NCBI RefSeq assembly: GCF_006345805.1
Contig: NC_043004.1
Span: 8,060,001 to 8,124,000, forward strand
Origin: Octopus sinensis
Lineage: Eukaryota
Length of the DNA stretch: 64,000 nucleotides
Direction: 5' to 3'
The notes under the pieces were generated by a model that worked only from the letters and a program-made list of their open reading frames with translations, was not told the origin of the DNA and did no database searches. Each line of letters opens with the position of its first letter. Within the stretch, counting starts at the first letter, position 1. Below, in pieces: positions 15,194 through 28,720 of the stretch. The translations under genes and the position numbers were made by a program.

Positions 15194-15524
15194 CTGACGC
15201 TGTAGTGTATGCTGTAAGTGTATAAACACTTTATTTATCTCGGGATTTGGAAGGAATCATGTTAAATTGATGTGTCGAGAATGGTACAAAGCTATTTAAT
15301 TACTTTCCTCTATGTATTGAATTCAAATGTAGCAAAGGTTGACTTTGTCTTTCTGACCTCAGAGAAACAACTTATATCGTAGCATATCTACTATTGACTT
15401 CGCTTCTTCACTATGTATGGATGAAGGTGTGTCAATTTTCAAGATCCCTGATTAAGTATTGACATTGTTCGTTCAATTACGATACAGCAACGAGTTGATC
15501 TGTTGATTTCTTTTCCCTGTGTGC

Positions 15525-15526
<2 letters not shown>

Positions 15527-15575
<49 letters not shown>

Positions 15576-15737
15576 AAGAGTGGAGAGAGAGGAGAGAGAG
15601 AGAGAGGAGAGAGGAGGAGAGCGAAGAAAGAGAGAAGCGAGAGAGAGAGTGAGAAGAGAAGAGAGAGGAGAAGAGAGAGAGAGAGAAGAGAGAGAGCGAG
15701 AGAGAAGAGAGAGAGAAAGAGAGAAAGAGAGAAAAGA
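15527..15737 (+). repeat. Degenerate (GA)n tract
   Basis: Seen directly. Confidence 0.95.
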
Positions 15738-16237
15738 AGTGTATTTCCACCCGGAAAAGAATATATGAGAGTTGGTTTGGTGGATGGGAAAATCCACTTG
15801 AGTCTTAAAGAGTGTTTTAGTTTTTATATTTTGGAACAAATTTATTAAAATATCAAACTAGTTACGAAACCTTTTTGTTTTTCAATTGCAAATAAAAAAA
15901 AAAATGTTTATTCGGAAAAGCATGTTTAAAAGATCAAATGTTCATACAAATCCCAATACTCAATAAGTTTCTCACAGATAAACGGTTATGGAAGTTCAAC
16001 TGTTGGATAAATTTCATAACAAACATGATGGAAACAGTGAGTTATATTAACAATTAGATACGATGAAGAAGTTTTGTAAAGAGAAAGTAAATAAAAGAAA
16101 AAGAAAATTAATTTTTACAATTTCTGTTGTAGTGTATGAAGGAGACGACCCGTCGTCGATGGTTTTGCTGGTCACAGCTTAAACTGTTTCGTGCTTAAAT
16201 TACTTTGTGTGTATATATATATATATATAATATATAT

Positions 16238-18850
16238 AGTTGAAATTTATAGAAAAACAAAAGACGAAGACAGGTGTATGAACAACAAGCAAGTGTATTA
16301 GTTTGACGCTCGGGAAGGTGAGAAAGTCTTATGTTTCGAGCCTACGCTCTTCGACAGAAAGGAATATAAGGAAATAAACAGAAAGAGAATTAAAAAAAAA
16401 ATTTGTGGATTTAGCGGTCAAGCATGGCAACTGATTAGAAAAAGAAGTTTGAAAGAAGAGGTTGAAAGAAAGGGAGATAATGAAGTATTGGTGATCCCAA
16501 AACGAAGGTGTGTGTGTGTGTGTGAGCGCGCGTGTGGATAGGGGAGTGTTACTTTGTGTGTGTGTAATTGTTTTTGAAGGTAAAGCTTCAAGTTCTTATT
16601 GTTTGTAGACCAGCATTTTGGCTGACTGCCTGAATATGATCTGGTCACATGTTTTGGTTTGGCAGGAGTCCAGCATTCTGGTTGTTTGGCTTATTGGTGA
16701 TGTCATTTGTTTGTCGACTGTTTTGATCACTTGGTTTTGACGAGTAGAGATCCAGGGTTGTGGTTGGTTGATTTTCTGCATACGTCCTGTATATTTCTGA
16801 AAGGATTTAGTAAGTCGTTTTTGTCTGAGGGTCGTCCCGCGTTCCGGTTGGTTGATTCCTTCAGAATTCACTGATCTCGGTCAGCGCAATGTTTATTTGT
16901 TTTTACCTGACGGTCAACTTTTGACCAGACAAAAATCTAATTAATTAAGCCCAGGGTGATGTCAGCAACTGGTGTCTGAAAAAGTGCAATGTGTTATTGT
17001 ACAGTAGTTTTGAGTTAGAAATTTGAATCCCCGAGGCAGTCCGTTATTAAAACTTTTGATTTAATTCTTTTGTCGTTTTTCGTGAATAAAATGAGTTTTC
17101 TCATTCTGGTGTGTTGTTAAAGGGTATCTACATGAGGTGTAAGTAAGGCGGCGAGCTGGCAAAAACGTTAGCACGCCGGGCGAAATGCTTAGCGGTATTT
17201 CGTCTGCGTTACGTTGTGAGTTCAAATTCCGCCGAGGTCGACTTTGCCTTTCATTCTTTCGGGGTCGATAAATTAAGTACCAGTTACGAACTGGGGTCGA
17301 TGTAATCGACTTAATACCTATGTCTTTCCTTGTTTGTTCCCTGTGTGTTTAGCCCCTTGTGGGTAATAAAGAAATAGGTATTTACATGAGGTGTCTATTT
17401 CTTAATAAGCATAATTTCCTTTTCAATCGGCATTGAGTTGAAGTGTTTCCGGCGCATTGGTATTGAGGGAAAATTTGATGTTTTGGATATTTGTTCGTGG
17501 GGCACAGATCTAGGCTTTACTTACGGGAATTTTTCTGGTTGTGGGGTCCCGAATCTGTTACATGTGTAACGTCATTCTGTCCTTCAAAGTCAAGCTTGTT
17601 TGACCTATGTGATGCCCACCATATCCACCGCATTTGAAAACATAAATTAAGTTCCTTGGTGCATAGGTGAAATGATTTTCTATGGCGAATATTTGCCCTG
17701 ACTTGAATTAATATGTTGAACCTTCCGTAAGGTTCATGCAAGTTTCGCAATGAGGGCGGTTTCCTTTGTTAACTATTGGAGTTGTAGTTTTCTTGGGTAA
17801 TTTGGGTCTAGTAAGCAGCCTTTTTAGAGACTTAGGTCATCTTTTTACTTTTAATAATTTTATGTGCTATGAGTGTTTTTTCATTCATAAATCGTTCATC
17901 AAAAAGGCTAAACTCTGATGAATGATGTATGCTTCCATGTTTCTTGGATTGTGTGTTGATACATAAGATAAAGTTTTAAGTGTATCAAGGGATTTTTGTT
18001 TTTTGTTTTTCGTAATTCTTTGGGGGTTTATCGTTTTTGCACGTTCTATTCCGTTATTGATTGAACTGACCGAGTATTTTCTTTCGAGTGAAATATTTTT
18101 TCTCGGAGTTGTTTTTCTCGGGTTTCTGGATTGGAGAGAATTATGCAAATTCTTCTTGCCAAGTTAAAAGGTATATTGGTTTTAGTGTGCTTTGGATGGC
18201 AGAAAGGGAATAATCGATAATCGAATCTATTGGTTTAAAGTAGATGACGGTTTCAATGTTAGCATCTCATTTTATGGTTAGAATGTCCAAAAAGGTTGAT
18301 GTTTTCCCTTTCTTTTTGGCTGGTGTTTGGCTTAAATTTTGGAAGTCGTAGTAAATTGCTGGGGAAATTGGTTACAAAATCACAAAATTTGTTCAGAGTT
18401 TGGTTTCTACACTTTGTTGTTATTAAGAAGCATTGAATGATCATTGATTTTCTTTTCGTCAAATAATTCTTCTGTTACGCGAATTTCTCTTCAAATTTCT
18501 GGGCATCGTTTTGTATTTCATCTTTGATAACTTTGATAGGTTTCGGCCAGTATAGGCCCAGACCATGTCTAACTTAATAGCACCACCTGGTGGAGTCTTT
18601 TAGTCATATATGGAGCACCATAGCCCACTGTTGCAATTTTATTGTATGGAGTAAATTTTAATTTGTTGCGTTGACAGGGTTTATATGAGAGATTTATAAC
18701 CTTCGGAATCTTACATTCGATCTGTGCCACCGAGTGTCTTGATTTCCATCCACAAGTCTAAAAAATGGTTCCTCGATTCATCGAATTAGTGTTCTGTACA
18801 ACCTCGTTCTTTTTTAGGTTCTTGGTTTCGGTCGGCCCTGTCTATAGCTC
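16238..18850 (-). mobile_element. Decayed Penelope-like element (RT C-terminus + GIY-YIG endonuclease + 3' pLTR)
   Basis: Minus strand: FLDIL..IETVIYFKPID and CHPKHTKTNIPFNLARRIC (~18140-18300), YVSTHNPRN (~17950), and CETC...NLIYVFKC..HIGQT..LKDRM.LH (GIY-YIG with upstream CxxC, 17560-17760). The 3' end abuts (TA)n. The boundary at the high-coordinate end is uncertain. Confidence 0.85.
17147..17376 (+). mobile_element. SINE family A inserted in the Penelope element
   Basis: TSD GGTAT(C/T)TACATGAGGTGT at 17123-17140 and 17377-17394. Confidence 0.9.
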
Positions 18851-18994
18851 TCATGATGATTGTCTCCAAATCGCAATCACCAGTTCACATTACGCACAAT
18901 GAACTTTAACTTTAATGAATACTTCAGGCAAGATCAATCACAATTGATACTTCAGACCAAAATTTATAGCCATCAATCGGACCATTAGTCGCAA

Positions 18995-19680
18995 TTACCA
19001 CCATCTTCACAAACGTAACCGCCGCCACCACCACCACCACTACCACCACTACCACCACTACCACCACCACAACCACCACCACCACCTCCACCGCCGCCGC
19101 CGCCACTACCGCCGCCGCCGCCACCACCACCACCACCACCACCACTTCCATTACACAACACCCACACACAGCCACAACACCAATGTTATCGTTATTATCA
19201 CCACTAATATCACCATTACCACCATCACAGCCAAAATCGCCATCGCCAATACTGTCACCACTACCACCATAGTACTCACATGCCTGTCCCTACCACTGTC
19301 CTTCCTCACACCATTTCCTGTTTCACCACCATCACCACCACCACCACCACTACCACCATCTCAACAGTCCCATCCCCACCACCATCTCGACAGTCCCATC
19401 CCCACCACCACCACCTTCAATGTAATCATAGACACAATTACTGCTTTCTTTATCACCACCGTCACTTTCAGCACAGCATGACCAGCCCCACAACTTCGAC
19501 CCCCATGAAACCGTCCCACTTCCGCCATCTCCACTCGCACCATAAATCCCATCACAATTAAGTCCCACTCCACTCCATCTCTTCTAACCCATCAACCCCA
19601 GCCGTTACAACAATCATCATCATCATCATCATCATTATCATCATCATCATCATCATCATCACCATCATTATTATTATTAT
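18995..19680 (+). repeat. (CAC/CAT)n low-complexity tract
   Basis: Seen directly. Confidence 0.9.
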
Positions 19681-19944
19681 CTGACACTGGCAGAGACACC
19701 CCACTGTTTCTTTGCTTTGACACGTCTTCTTCCGTCTGTTGGCTTCATGGCGACAAGACAAAAACACAAGAACCGACGAAAATAATAGAACAATCAAAGT
19801 TCTTTTACTCAAGCACACAATGGTCAATAGTCACTTGCCAAACATTGCCTTTAACTCCTCTCTCTCTCTCTCTCGTTATCACTTCATTTGTTCTTCCGTA
19901 TCTTTCAATTTCACAAGCATTCATTCTCATTCTTGTCGATATGC

Positions 19945-20105
19945 AGGCGCATGCGCGCAAGGCGTTGGCTATGTGGTTAGATGCTTGCTTCCCAGCCGCA
20001 TGGTCTCAGGTTCAGTTCCACTGAGTGGCACCTTGGCCAAGCGTCTTTTACGATAGCCTCATGTCGACCAAACCCTTGTGAGTGGGTTTGGTAGACGAAA
20101 ACTCA
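19945..20105 (+). mobile_element. SINE family B, 5' part
   Basis: GGTTCAGTTCCACTG..GGCACCTTGG.CAAG matches 29919-30080. Confidence 0.75.
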
Positions 20106-20369
20106 AATTAGACTGTCATAAGTGTGTGGGTGTGTATTATATAATATAATATATATATATATATATATAAATAATATATATATATATATATATGGATGTT
20201 TTCGTTTCTCATTGTGTTCGATGTTTTTGGGTGTCTGTACCCATATATGCAGTATATATTTACATGTAGAGGTAGGTACGTACATATATGTATGTATATA
20301 TGCATATGTTTTTTTATTAATTTATTATATGACGGAACGTACGCATCCATTTCTAAGTAAGATTGTTCT

Positions 20370-20413
<44 letters not shown>

Positions 20414-21270
20414 GGAGATAAATAAAAATATATGCATACATACAAACATATATGTACGTACCTACATCTACATGTATATATACATGCATATATAAATAAT
20501 TATACGGAAGTACAGGACATCACAATAAGACGTAGAAACAGAAAAAGCCAAAAAACAAAAAACAAGAAAACGGAAAACGAAAAACAAATACAGGACAGGT
20601 TACACAAGGACAAAACCCCCGTCATCAGCTGTCGCTAGAGGAGTCAGGCATGTTTCGAAGGCATAACAGAACACTAATCCAATAGGCCTTCCTGCGAGAG
20701 AATTAAAATAAAATTTCAAGCAGCGGGGCACAATGAGTACGAACACAAACAAGACGTAACAATAAGACTGCGAAATTAAAATACATGTACAAAAACAAAC
20801 ACAAGAGGACGAACGAAAAAGCCTTTTTTCTGGCATAGACAAACAATAAAACTGCAAAAATAAAAATACATGTACAAAAAGTACAATTAGTTACAAAACG
20901 AGAAAATAACAAGAATACTATACAGGAAATTAACCACACAAGGGGACGAACGAAGAAGCCTTTTTGCTGGCAAGGACGAAAGTGTAGTAGCAGCGCGTGG
21001 AGGCAGTCTTTTCAATAGTTATCTCTTTATTACGATTATAGAAAATCAATACATAGAAGGTACGAATACAGGACATACATACAAAAACATTTAAGAGATT
21101 CGATTAAAAGTTTCGTTTGGATTCGTTATAAAGTAATAGTTTTTGCATAACTAGTATAACAAACACTTGTAGATGACTTTTGTGGTTTTACTGGAGCTTT
21201 TACACCCCGGCAGTTGATGAGGCCCTGCAGCTTCCACTTCCTCTCTTCCTCCATGGTCAAGCTGGGTTTC

Positions 21271-24200
21271 TCACACCCACCTTTCTTTCACTTCTTTCCA
21301 TCTTTTCTCATACACTCCCCGCGGCAAGGTCCTCCTCTCCAGTCCCATCTTGCTTCTCAGATGATATCTGAAGTAGGTGAGCAAGCCGGTCCCGGAGATA
21401 AAGGACCCTGTCGCGGCTCCTTCCATTCTCGTTCTCCACATGCATTCCTTTACTACTGCAACCGTGCAGTGAAAACATGCCTCACCTTCCTTCGAGGAGT
21501 CCAGTTGGCGGTATCATCTTCATCATAGACTCAGCCGACAGCTGTACTCGTCCCAGATGCGATAACACGTGTTCTGCGTAACTTATCAAGTCGTTCAACT
21601 TCCGACAGTGAACAAAAGCGTGCTGAACGGTTTCATCGTCCAACCCGCATCTTGGACATGTCGGTGGCACTGGAACTCCGTGCCGCGATAACTTCTCGCG
21701 AACAGGTAAAGCATTCCTGTAGCACTGCCAGGCCAGGGATCTTGGAAATTATCCAAATACCCCGACCTGAACGTTTTCTTAAACAGATTGGCAAGCTGGT
21801 CTTCATCAAACCCCAGAGCCCCTCCTAGGACGTCATCGTTTTTACCTTCTACCAGCCCTCTATAAAATACCGAGGTGGTATTTCCGCAGCCGGCCTTGCC
21901 CGTCTTGTGGATCAGCGTGAGTGCCTGTCGGCACTCCTTTTGCCATGGAGTCAGATTCCATCTTCTGATGTAACCGGGTTTAAAATTAACTAAGGAGGCC
22001 GGTCTCGGGAAAAATCCCTCTGCCAGCGGACTCCACACCTTATCACCTTCCAGGTGGTGCCAGAGATGTCTTAGTCTCAACGCATGTCTGCGCATCATCA
22101 ACCAAGGCATCCCTAACCCACCCTTTAACGGTTCTTGACAGCACACGGAGCGTCTCACAAGTGGCTTTCCTCCTTTCACAAAAAAGCGAAAGAGGACTCG
22201 TTCCAACTTGTTAAGCCATGAGTCGGGGCAAGGGACGACGGTCAGGCGATAGGTGATTACAGATGCAATAAACATCTGCACCACCTCCGCCTTTCCTTTC
22301 AAGGACACAGAGACCTTCCGGACCAGGTCCGTACTATGGCCTCCACCTTGCCCGTCACCTCGCTCCAGTTCTTCTCCGTTTGGGAGTCCGGTCCAAACCA
22401 AACTCCCAGCAACTTAACAGGGCCATCCGTCCAGTATCCCACAACACTGGACGATATCGGCTTGTTCCTCCAGGTGCCGAGGCGCAAGCCGACCGATTTG
22501 TCCCTGTTAACCTTTGCTCCTGCCACCGCCTCGTATCCTCTGATAGCCTCCTCTACACAAGGTAGTTGGGCCTCTTGGACACGATGAGGGTGATGTCATC
22601 CGCATAGGCAGTGACCGACCTCCCACCTCCGATTTCATCTGAGTTACTCCCCAGCCTTCCAACCTTCGCAGTAGTGGCTCAAGAGCCAATACGTACAAAA
22701 GTGGTGACAAGGGGCACCCCTGACGTACTGAACACTTGATCGAAAACGGTTCCGTTAGGTAACCGTTTATCTGGACGGTGGACTTGATGCCGCTGTACAT
22801 AGCGGAGATCCACCCGCGGAATTCGGGACCCAGTCCGGTCGCTTCGAGGACCGTCGCCAGATACCCATGGTCTACCCTATCGAAGGCTTTACTTTGGTCC
22901 AAGTGGACCATTACCCCGCCTTTGCCGGTTACTTTACCCACCCTATCTAGGGTGTAGCGTATAAGGTGAAGGTTGTCCTGGATCGACCTGCCTGGAATTG
23001 CACATGTCTGTGCTCTCCCTACAAGTTTCTCCACGACAACCGTCAACCTTTTTGCTAACACCTTGGCCAAAATCTTAACTCTACATTAAGTAGAGTTATG
23101 GGCCTGTAGTTACTAATTATATCCCCCTTGCTCGGGTCTTTCTGGATTAGCGTCACCACTCCCCGGCTTACAGAACTGGGAATTCTCCCATTCTGCTGCC
23201 AGTTCGTGTAGACGCCTGCCAGTATTCCCCCGAACAAGTCCGGCATACTTTGGTAAAACTCGTAGGGCAGACCATCCAGCCCCGGCGACTTCTCCCCGGC
23301 GCACCGGCCAGCACTTCCTTTATTTCCGCGGGAGTGATCGCTCCCTCACAGCACTCCGCCTCACGCCCCGCGAGCCGCGGCCCGTCGGCCAGGAAGTCCC
23401 TTAAGGCACTCCCCCGGTCCAGCGGGCCACCACCCCCGAACACGCGCGCGAAGTGCTGGTGAAGAAACTTTTGCATCTCCTCCTGTCCATAGATCTTTTG
23501 TCCCTGTTCGTCAGTCAAAGATTTTATTGAGGCTCTGTTGCCTCTCTTACTCTCCACACGACGGGCCCATCCGGCCACGTTAACACCTTCTCGTTTCCCG
23601 GCGCGCAGCTTAGCTCTGACTCTGCAACCTTCGTGTTTGGAGTTAAGGTGACGGTACAATACCGTCCTTGCCGCCAGTACTCCGGATGCAGAGCCAGCTT
23701 CCATTGCCTCGTCTAGATTCTTAACTAAATCGCCCTCTAGACTAGCCCTATCTATCCTTAGCTGATTGCTAAATCTAACGGACTCTAAACGAATGGCTCT
23801 TTTGAGGGCGTGCCACCATCTGTTGTTAATGATGGTGCCGCACAATGCCCTCTGAACTAACTCCTTAATCCGGGTACGGAAGTCTTCACAATTCAAAATA
23901 GCCTTGTTCAGCTTCCAGTACCCGGGTCCCTGTCTATGACACTTGTCTAATTGCACCTCACACGTCACAAACTTGTGATCCGAGTAAGGTACAATGTGAA
24001 ATTGTGGACAACTAAACGTATCCTTATCTCTTTTCTTAATAAATATCCTATCTAGATACGATCTGTGTGAGCCGTCGTTGTTACTCCACGTCCACTGTGG
24101 AACGCTCGGCTCATCCAGTCGGTAACGGTCCACTAGGTCAAAGCTCTCTAGTAGACCCTTGAGGCTAGGGTCCCCCTTCCTATTGGTTGAGCCAACACTG

Positions 24201-24641
24201 TCGATGTGCGCTTCAAGGACAGTGTTAAAGTCCCCTACTAGGATTACTGTTTTCGACGTCGCCAGAAAGGGCTCCAGGTTCCGAAAGAAACCCGACTGTC
24301 TACCCTCGTTCGGGGCGTAGACAGCTACCAACCTGAAGGACTGTTTACTTGCGTGAGTCACATCCAGGACAACCAGCCTGCCTTCTGGGTCCAGAAAGAC
24401 AGTACTTACCTGCAGGTCCAAGCTCTTCCTGATGAAGACTGCCACGCCCTTCCTCTTCCTCGGCTAGGAGAAATAAATTTCTCGAAACCATTTAGAAGAG
24501 GTGAGAACGCTTGGGTCTCGCTCATCTTGGACTCGGTTACGATAGCAACATCTATACCGTGTGTCGTGAGGTCGTTCAGGAAACAAATTTGTTTCCGTTT
24601 CGACCCCATTCCACGTATGTTATACAGCCCAGCTTGGCCAT
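21271..24641 (-). pseudogene. Tx1 ORF2 (AP endonuclease, reverse transcriptase, C-terminal CCHC), frameshifted
   Basis: APE motifs NIRG, VYAPN, GDFN, YLDRIF, SDH. RT motifs NYRPITLLN, LDQSKAFDRV, RQGCPLSPLLY, AYADD (~22600). C-terminal CPRC...ETVQHAFVHC, ending ...EKRWKEVKERWV* at 21271. Confidence 0.92.
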
Positions 24642-26085
24642 TGTGGGCGAAGGAGGAAAATAAATATACTCACGGTTGTGAAAGGGAGCACGGCGGTCTG
24701 ATTTTGCCTGCTTCCCTTTCTTCCTCTACTGCAGGGCCTTTGACCGGCGTTGCCACTGGGCTCTGGGTTGGTGTGGTTGCCGGGGTTATTGTTAGTTTGC
24801 CCTATTACTTCCTTGGTTACATCTCTTATTAGGCGGTTCCTCAGGTGTTCCTGAAGAACCTCCTCCTTCCATTCGTTCTCGCCTACCTTCGCGAAGCGCG
24901 CAATTGCTTTTCCATCTGAGGTTCTGCTGTACAGCATAAACCTCGACAGTTTGCAGCATTTGTAAACTTTTTCGTTTTTTTCATCAAACGCTATTATTTT
25001 TTCATTTTTCAATAAACATTTTTTAGAATCTTGTTTTATGGGGAGGGGCTTGGCAAACTGTTTTCCAATGAAAACAGTGCCATGGGGGTAGGGTTGGGGA
25101 ATTTGCTTAGTGTGGTGTCTGCTGTGTTAGTTGTTTTTTTCCTTGTTTGGGGAGGGGAGTCCAGGGTATTCTCTTTTTTTTTTGTGCGTGACTTGAGTGT
25201 ATTCCATCAGTTCTATTTGGTCTATTTTCGCTTCCGTACTTGTCTTGGTCGTTTGTTGTTTTCTTTTTTTTCCTCCCCTTTCGCGTTGGGTACACTTGGA
25301 GGAGGCGCTTCTTCTGTACTTTTTTCCTGGTACAATTGGAACGGACGTGACCTTTTCTCCACACTTGAAGCATCTGGGTCTTCGTCCCTCCACCGAAACT
25401 CTCATGGACGTACCATCTTCATTAAAAATCCTGTCAGGCAGGCTCTCCAAAATCTTGTTCTCTGCCTGTACTAGGAGTTCCAGAGTCTGACCCCTCCATC
25501 TCACCGCTTCCTTCCTTCTCATTTGCAGTATGGATATTTCGCGTTCCACATTATGCAAGACCGCCGCTGCTACCCACATGGTGTCGTACCCTCTGGGTAT
25601 GTCTTCAACTATTACCTTTGCGGTTCGCTTCCCCATGTACGAGGGTAGCAGCATGATGTCGTCGTTTTTAAGAGTCAACGACGACACCTCTTTCGCCACC
25701 TCTGCCGTGTCAAAGTGTGCTTCGATCGTGGCACTTCGTGCACCTCTCACTATATGGCGGATTTTGTCCCACACCGGGGCCAAGCATTTCTCAACGATTT
25801 CATTTTTGACTTCCATGATCTTTTTTTCTTTAAAGTTGTACACTTTATAAATTACAATCCTTTCTTGATCTCTTGAACTTTCGCTTGCGGCGGCACAAGC
25901 CTTATCTCTCCTCCTTCTACTTTTACTAAGTTCCTATATTCGTACAGTTGTTCAATTTTGAATTCTATCTCCAACATGGCGCCGCCCACCGCGGCCGAGA
26001 ATGACTGTCTGGGTACTTGATTTTCCTCTTTTTCACCTTTTCCCATCACGGGAAAGTCTTCCTTCGACGTCAGGTCGAACTCCAT
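24620..26085 (-). pseudogene. Tx1 ORF1 (gag-like, CCHC zinc knuckle), frameshifted
   Basis: ORFs 25852-26085, 25127-25843, 25107-25373 and 24620-25012. CFKCGEKGHVRSNC is reconstructed across a frameshift at ~25350. Confidence 0.8.
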
Positions 26086-27615
26086 CTCTGAAAGTTACCT
26101 TTAAGGTAACAAAATATGGTTAGTACAAAATTTTCTGCCCCGTAGGGCGAAAATTATCGTTTTACAACGGGTACTGTTCAGAACAGTTTACACAAACAAT
26201 GATATTACAACTTCGAATTCTCTTAAATAGCAGCAGCAATTTTCTCACAACGCAGATGAACAGTAACTCGAAAATTTCTTTTCAATAGTGGTAACCACGT
26301 GTAAAGGAATTTTGTTTTATAGGCAAGGAAGAGGGAAGGAGGAGGGGGACACGCGGCGAAGAGAGAGGAAGAGGGGGAGGGAGAAAGATTGAAGAGGTTA
26401 AAGCAAAGGAGAGAGAGAGTACCGCATCTTCAATATAATAATATTAATATAAAAAAGGGGACCAAGAAGTGGATCGAAACGACGAATCGGAACGAACCTG
26501 ATGCGGGGCGCTGTCAGACAATAAGGAGATAAATAAAAATATATGCATACATACAAAATATATGTACGTACCTACATCTACATGTATATATACATGCATA
26601 TATAAATAATTATACGGAAGTACAGGACATCACAATAAGACGTAGAAACAGAAAAAGCCAAAAAACAAAAAACAAGAAAACAGAAAACGAAAACCAAATA
26701 CAGGACAGGTTACACAAGGACAAAACCCCCGTCATCAGCTGTCGCTAGAGGAGTCAGGCATGTTTCGAAGGCATAACAGAACACTAATCCAATAGGCCTT
26801 ATATATATACTAATCCTATAGGCCTATATATATATATGTATATATACTTTATTCAAAAGCAGCAGAAAATTCAACAAAACCTTAGGTTCGTTCATATTCC
26901 ATATGTCTGTTTAAGGAAAATGGCTATCTACAGCTAGAACTAATACACGCGCGCGCGCGCGTGTTTGCGTATTCATTGAAATGTAAAAGTGTATATATCT
27001 GCGGGACGTAGGAGTATTTTTGTGTATGTATAAGTGTGTATACACGCTTATGTATGAATATATACACAGATAAACACACACGCACACTTTAATACTTGAG
27101 CTAAACACATGTATACACACAAAACGTTGACAAAATTCCCTTCTTTGACTATTAATCCTCTCCCGGTGAGTTTTTACTCGTCAAACTAATTTCTATTATA
27201 TCTCGCATGTCTTTGCTCATTCTTTTCTTTCTTTTCCGCCCTTTTTCCCCTCTAAGAGTAAAGACGATCAAAGCTGTATCTTTCGAATTACACTTTTCAA
27301 GCTGAGCAGCCGAACTAATCCCTCTGTTTATCTATTGGTCATGGCGTTAGATTTCGTTTGTAGATTAAATTGATTGAGGGAGCCAGGTTACGACTCTTTA
27401 ATCTTTGGGGAAAATTTCCTTTTATTTATAATTGTTGGATATATTTTTACCCCATCTTTACTTTGTTAATATACGAACATACTGCATACACATACATATA
27501 TAAGTACACACACACACATACTGACATATACACACAATATTTATATATATATATATATAATATAAACTACATTGATATATATATATATAATATATGCATA
27601 TGTATCACATGTATA

Positions 27616-27661
<46 letters not shown>

Positions 27662-28433
27662 CATATATACACACACATAATATATACATATATATATATA
27701 TATCATATATATATACATACATATATATATATATACATACATAGATATATAGACATATACACACATGTATATATGTGCGTAGATATGTATGAATATAGTA
27801 ACAACAGTGCCACACATGCACATACATATCCACACACACACACGCACACACACACACACACACACATATGTATAAGTGTGTCTGTATATTTGCGTGTGTG
27901 TGTGTGCATGTGTGTGTGCATGTGTGTGTATGGTTTCATCTTCCCTCTTTCCTTTTTTTACGAAACTGTCAGCGATTAGAATGCCCGGTCACGTGTGCAG
28001 ACGTCTACAAAACTGAAATCATACGGTAACCATTGTCGTGTTTCGTTGAAAACAAGTTATTAGTTTTTTTTCTAGAGGCTTCTTTGCGCGTGAAATGATA
28101 AACAAATCATTTTTATCTTCTTCTACATTTTACAGAAATGTCTGGTGTTCTCTTGTTGCCGGACAGAGCGCGCGCGTGTGCGTGCGTGTGAGTGGATGAA
28201 TGATGGATAGGTACTTCAGTTCATAGGGACCAGCAGTCAAATAATATATAATGGTAACCATCTGGGGCTGTCATTCTGAGGTGGATGCCTTGGTGTGTGT
28301 GTGTGTGTTTAAGTGCGCACGAAATGTGTTCGCTACAAGGTGGTATGTTGATCAAGATAACTAAGGTCAGAGACTAAATAATAATTAAGACGATGATAGA
28401 ACTAATAACAATAACCATAATGCTAATGTTTGC

Positions 28434-28484
<51 letters not shown>

Positions 28485-28485
<1 letters not shown>

Positions 28486-28720
28486 GACCTTTTGAGCGGG
28501 ATGGGCTCTTCGACCTGAAGAAAATTCTAACTGGGCCCCCCCCCCTGCAAAGTCATGCGCTTTTTACCTTGATACGAGATCACCATGTCGCGCACATATG
28601 GTTGTGATGCATGTGCCTGGTGTACCCTTATCAGACGGGTAGTCATGATGGGTGTATTGAACTTCGTATATTTTACCCCAGTGTCACTTTGATAGCATGT
28701 ATTGCTCTATCACTCAATAA
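28485..28720 (+). mobile_element. Dispersed repeat (probable LINE 3' UTR) within (TAA)n
   Basis: Homologous to 5565-5790 (inverted) and flanked by AAT repeats. Confidence 0.6.

Larger units (their letters stand above)
21020..26276 (-). mobile_element. Near-full-length Tx1-clade (L1 group) non-LTR retrotransposon
   Basis: 13-bp TSD TCTTTTCAATAGT at 21007-21019 and 26277-26289. Contains ORF1 and ORF2. The 3' end reads AATAAAGAGATA with no poly(A). Confidence 0.93.
20411..26800 (-). mobile_element. Non-coding host element (~1.1 kb once the Tx1 is removed) with ~280-bp near-identical direct repeats, flanked by (TA)n
   Basis: 20411-20690 is nearly identical to 26521-26800. The internal parts 20691-21006 and 26290-26520 are separated by the Tx1 insertion. 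Strand assignment is inferred. Confidence 0.8.

Noticed and set aside
20600-20700. Hammerhead in the 280-bp repeats (minus: GAAGGC..GCCTTC-GAAAC-ATGCC...CTGATGA-CGGGGG)
   Set aside because: The core pieces are present, but there is no CUGANGA before stem II and no valid NUH/stem III. At most it is a relic, so it is not called.
20411-26800. LTR retrotransposon, or a 280-bp TSD, suggested by the direct repeats around gag-like and RT ORFs
   Set aside because: The enzyme is APE plus non-LTR RT with no protease, RNase H or integrase. A 13-bp TSD defines the LINE internally.
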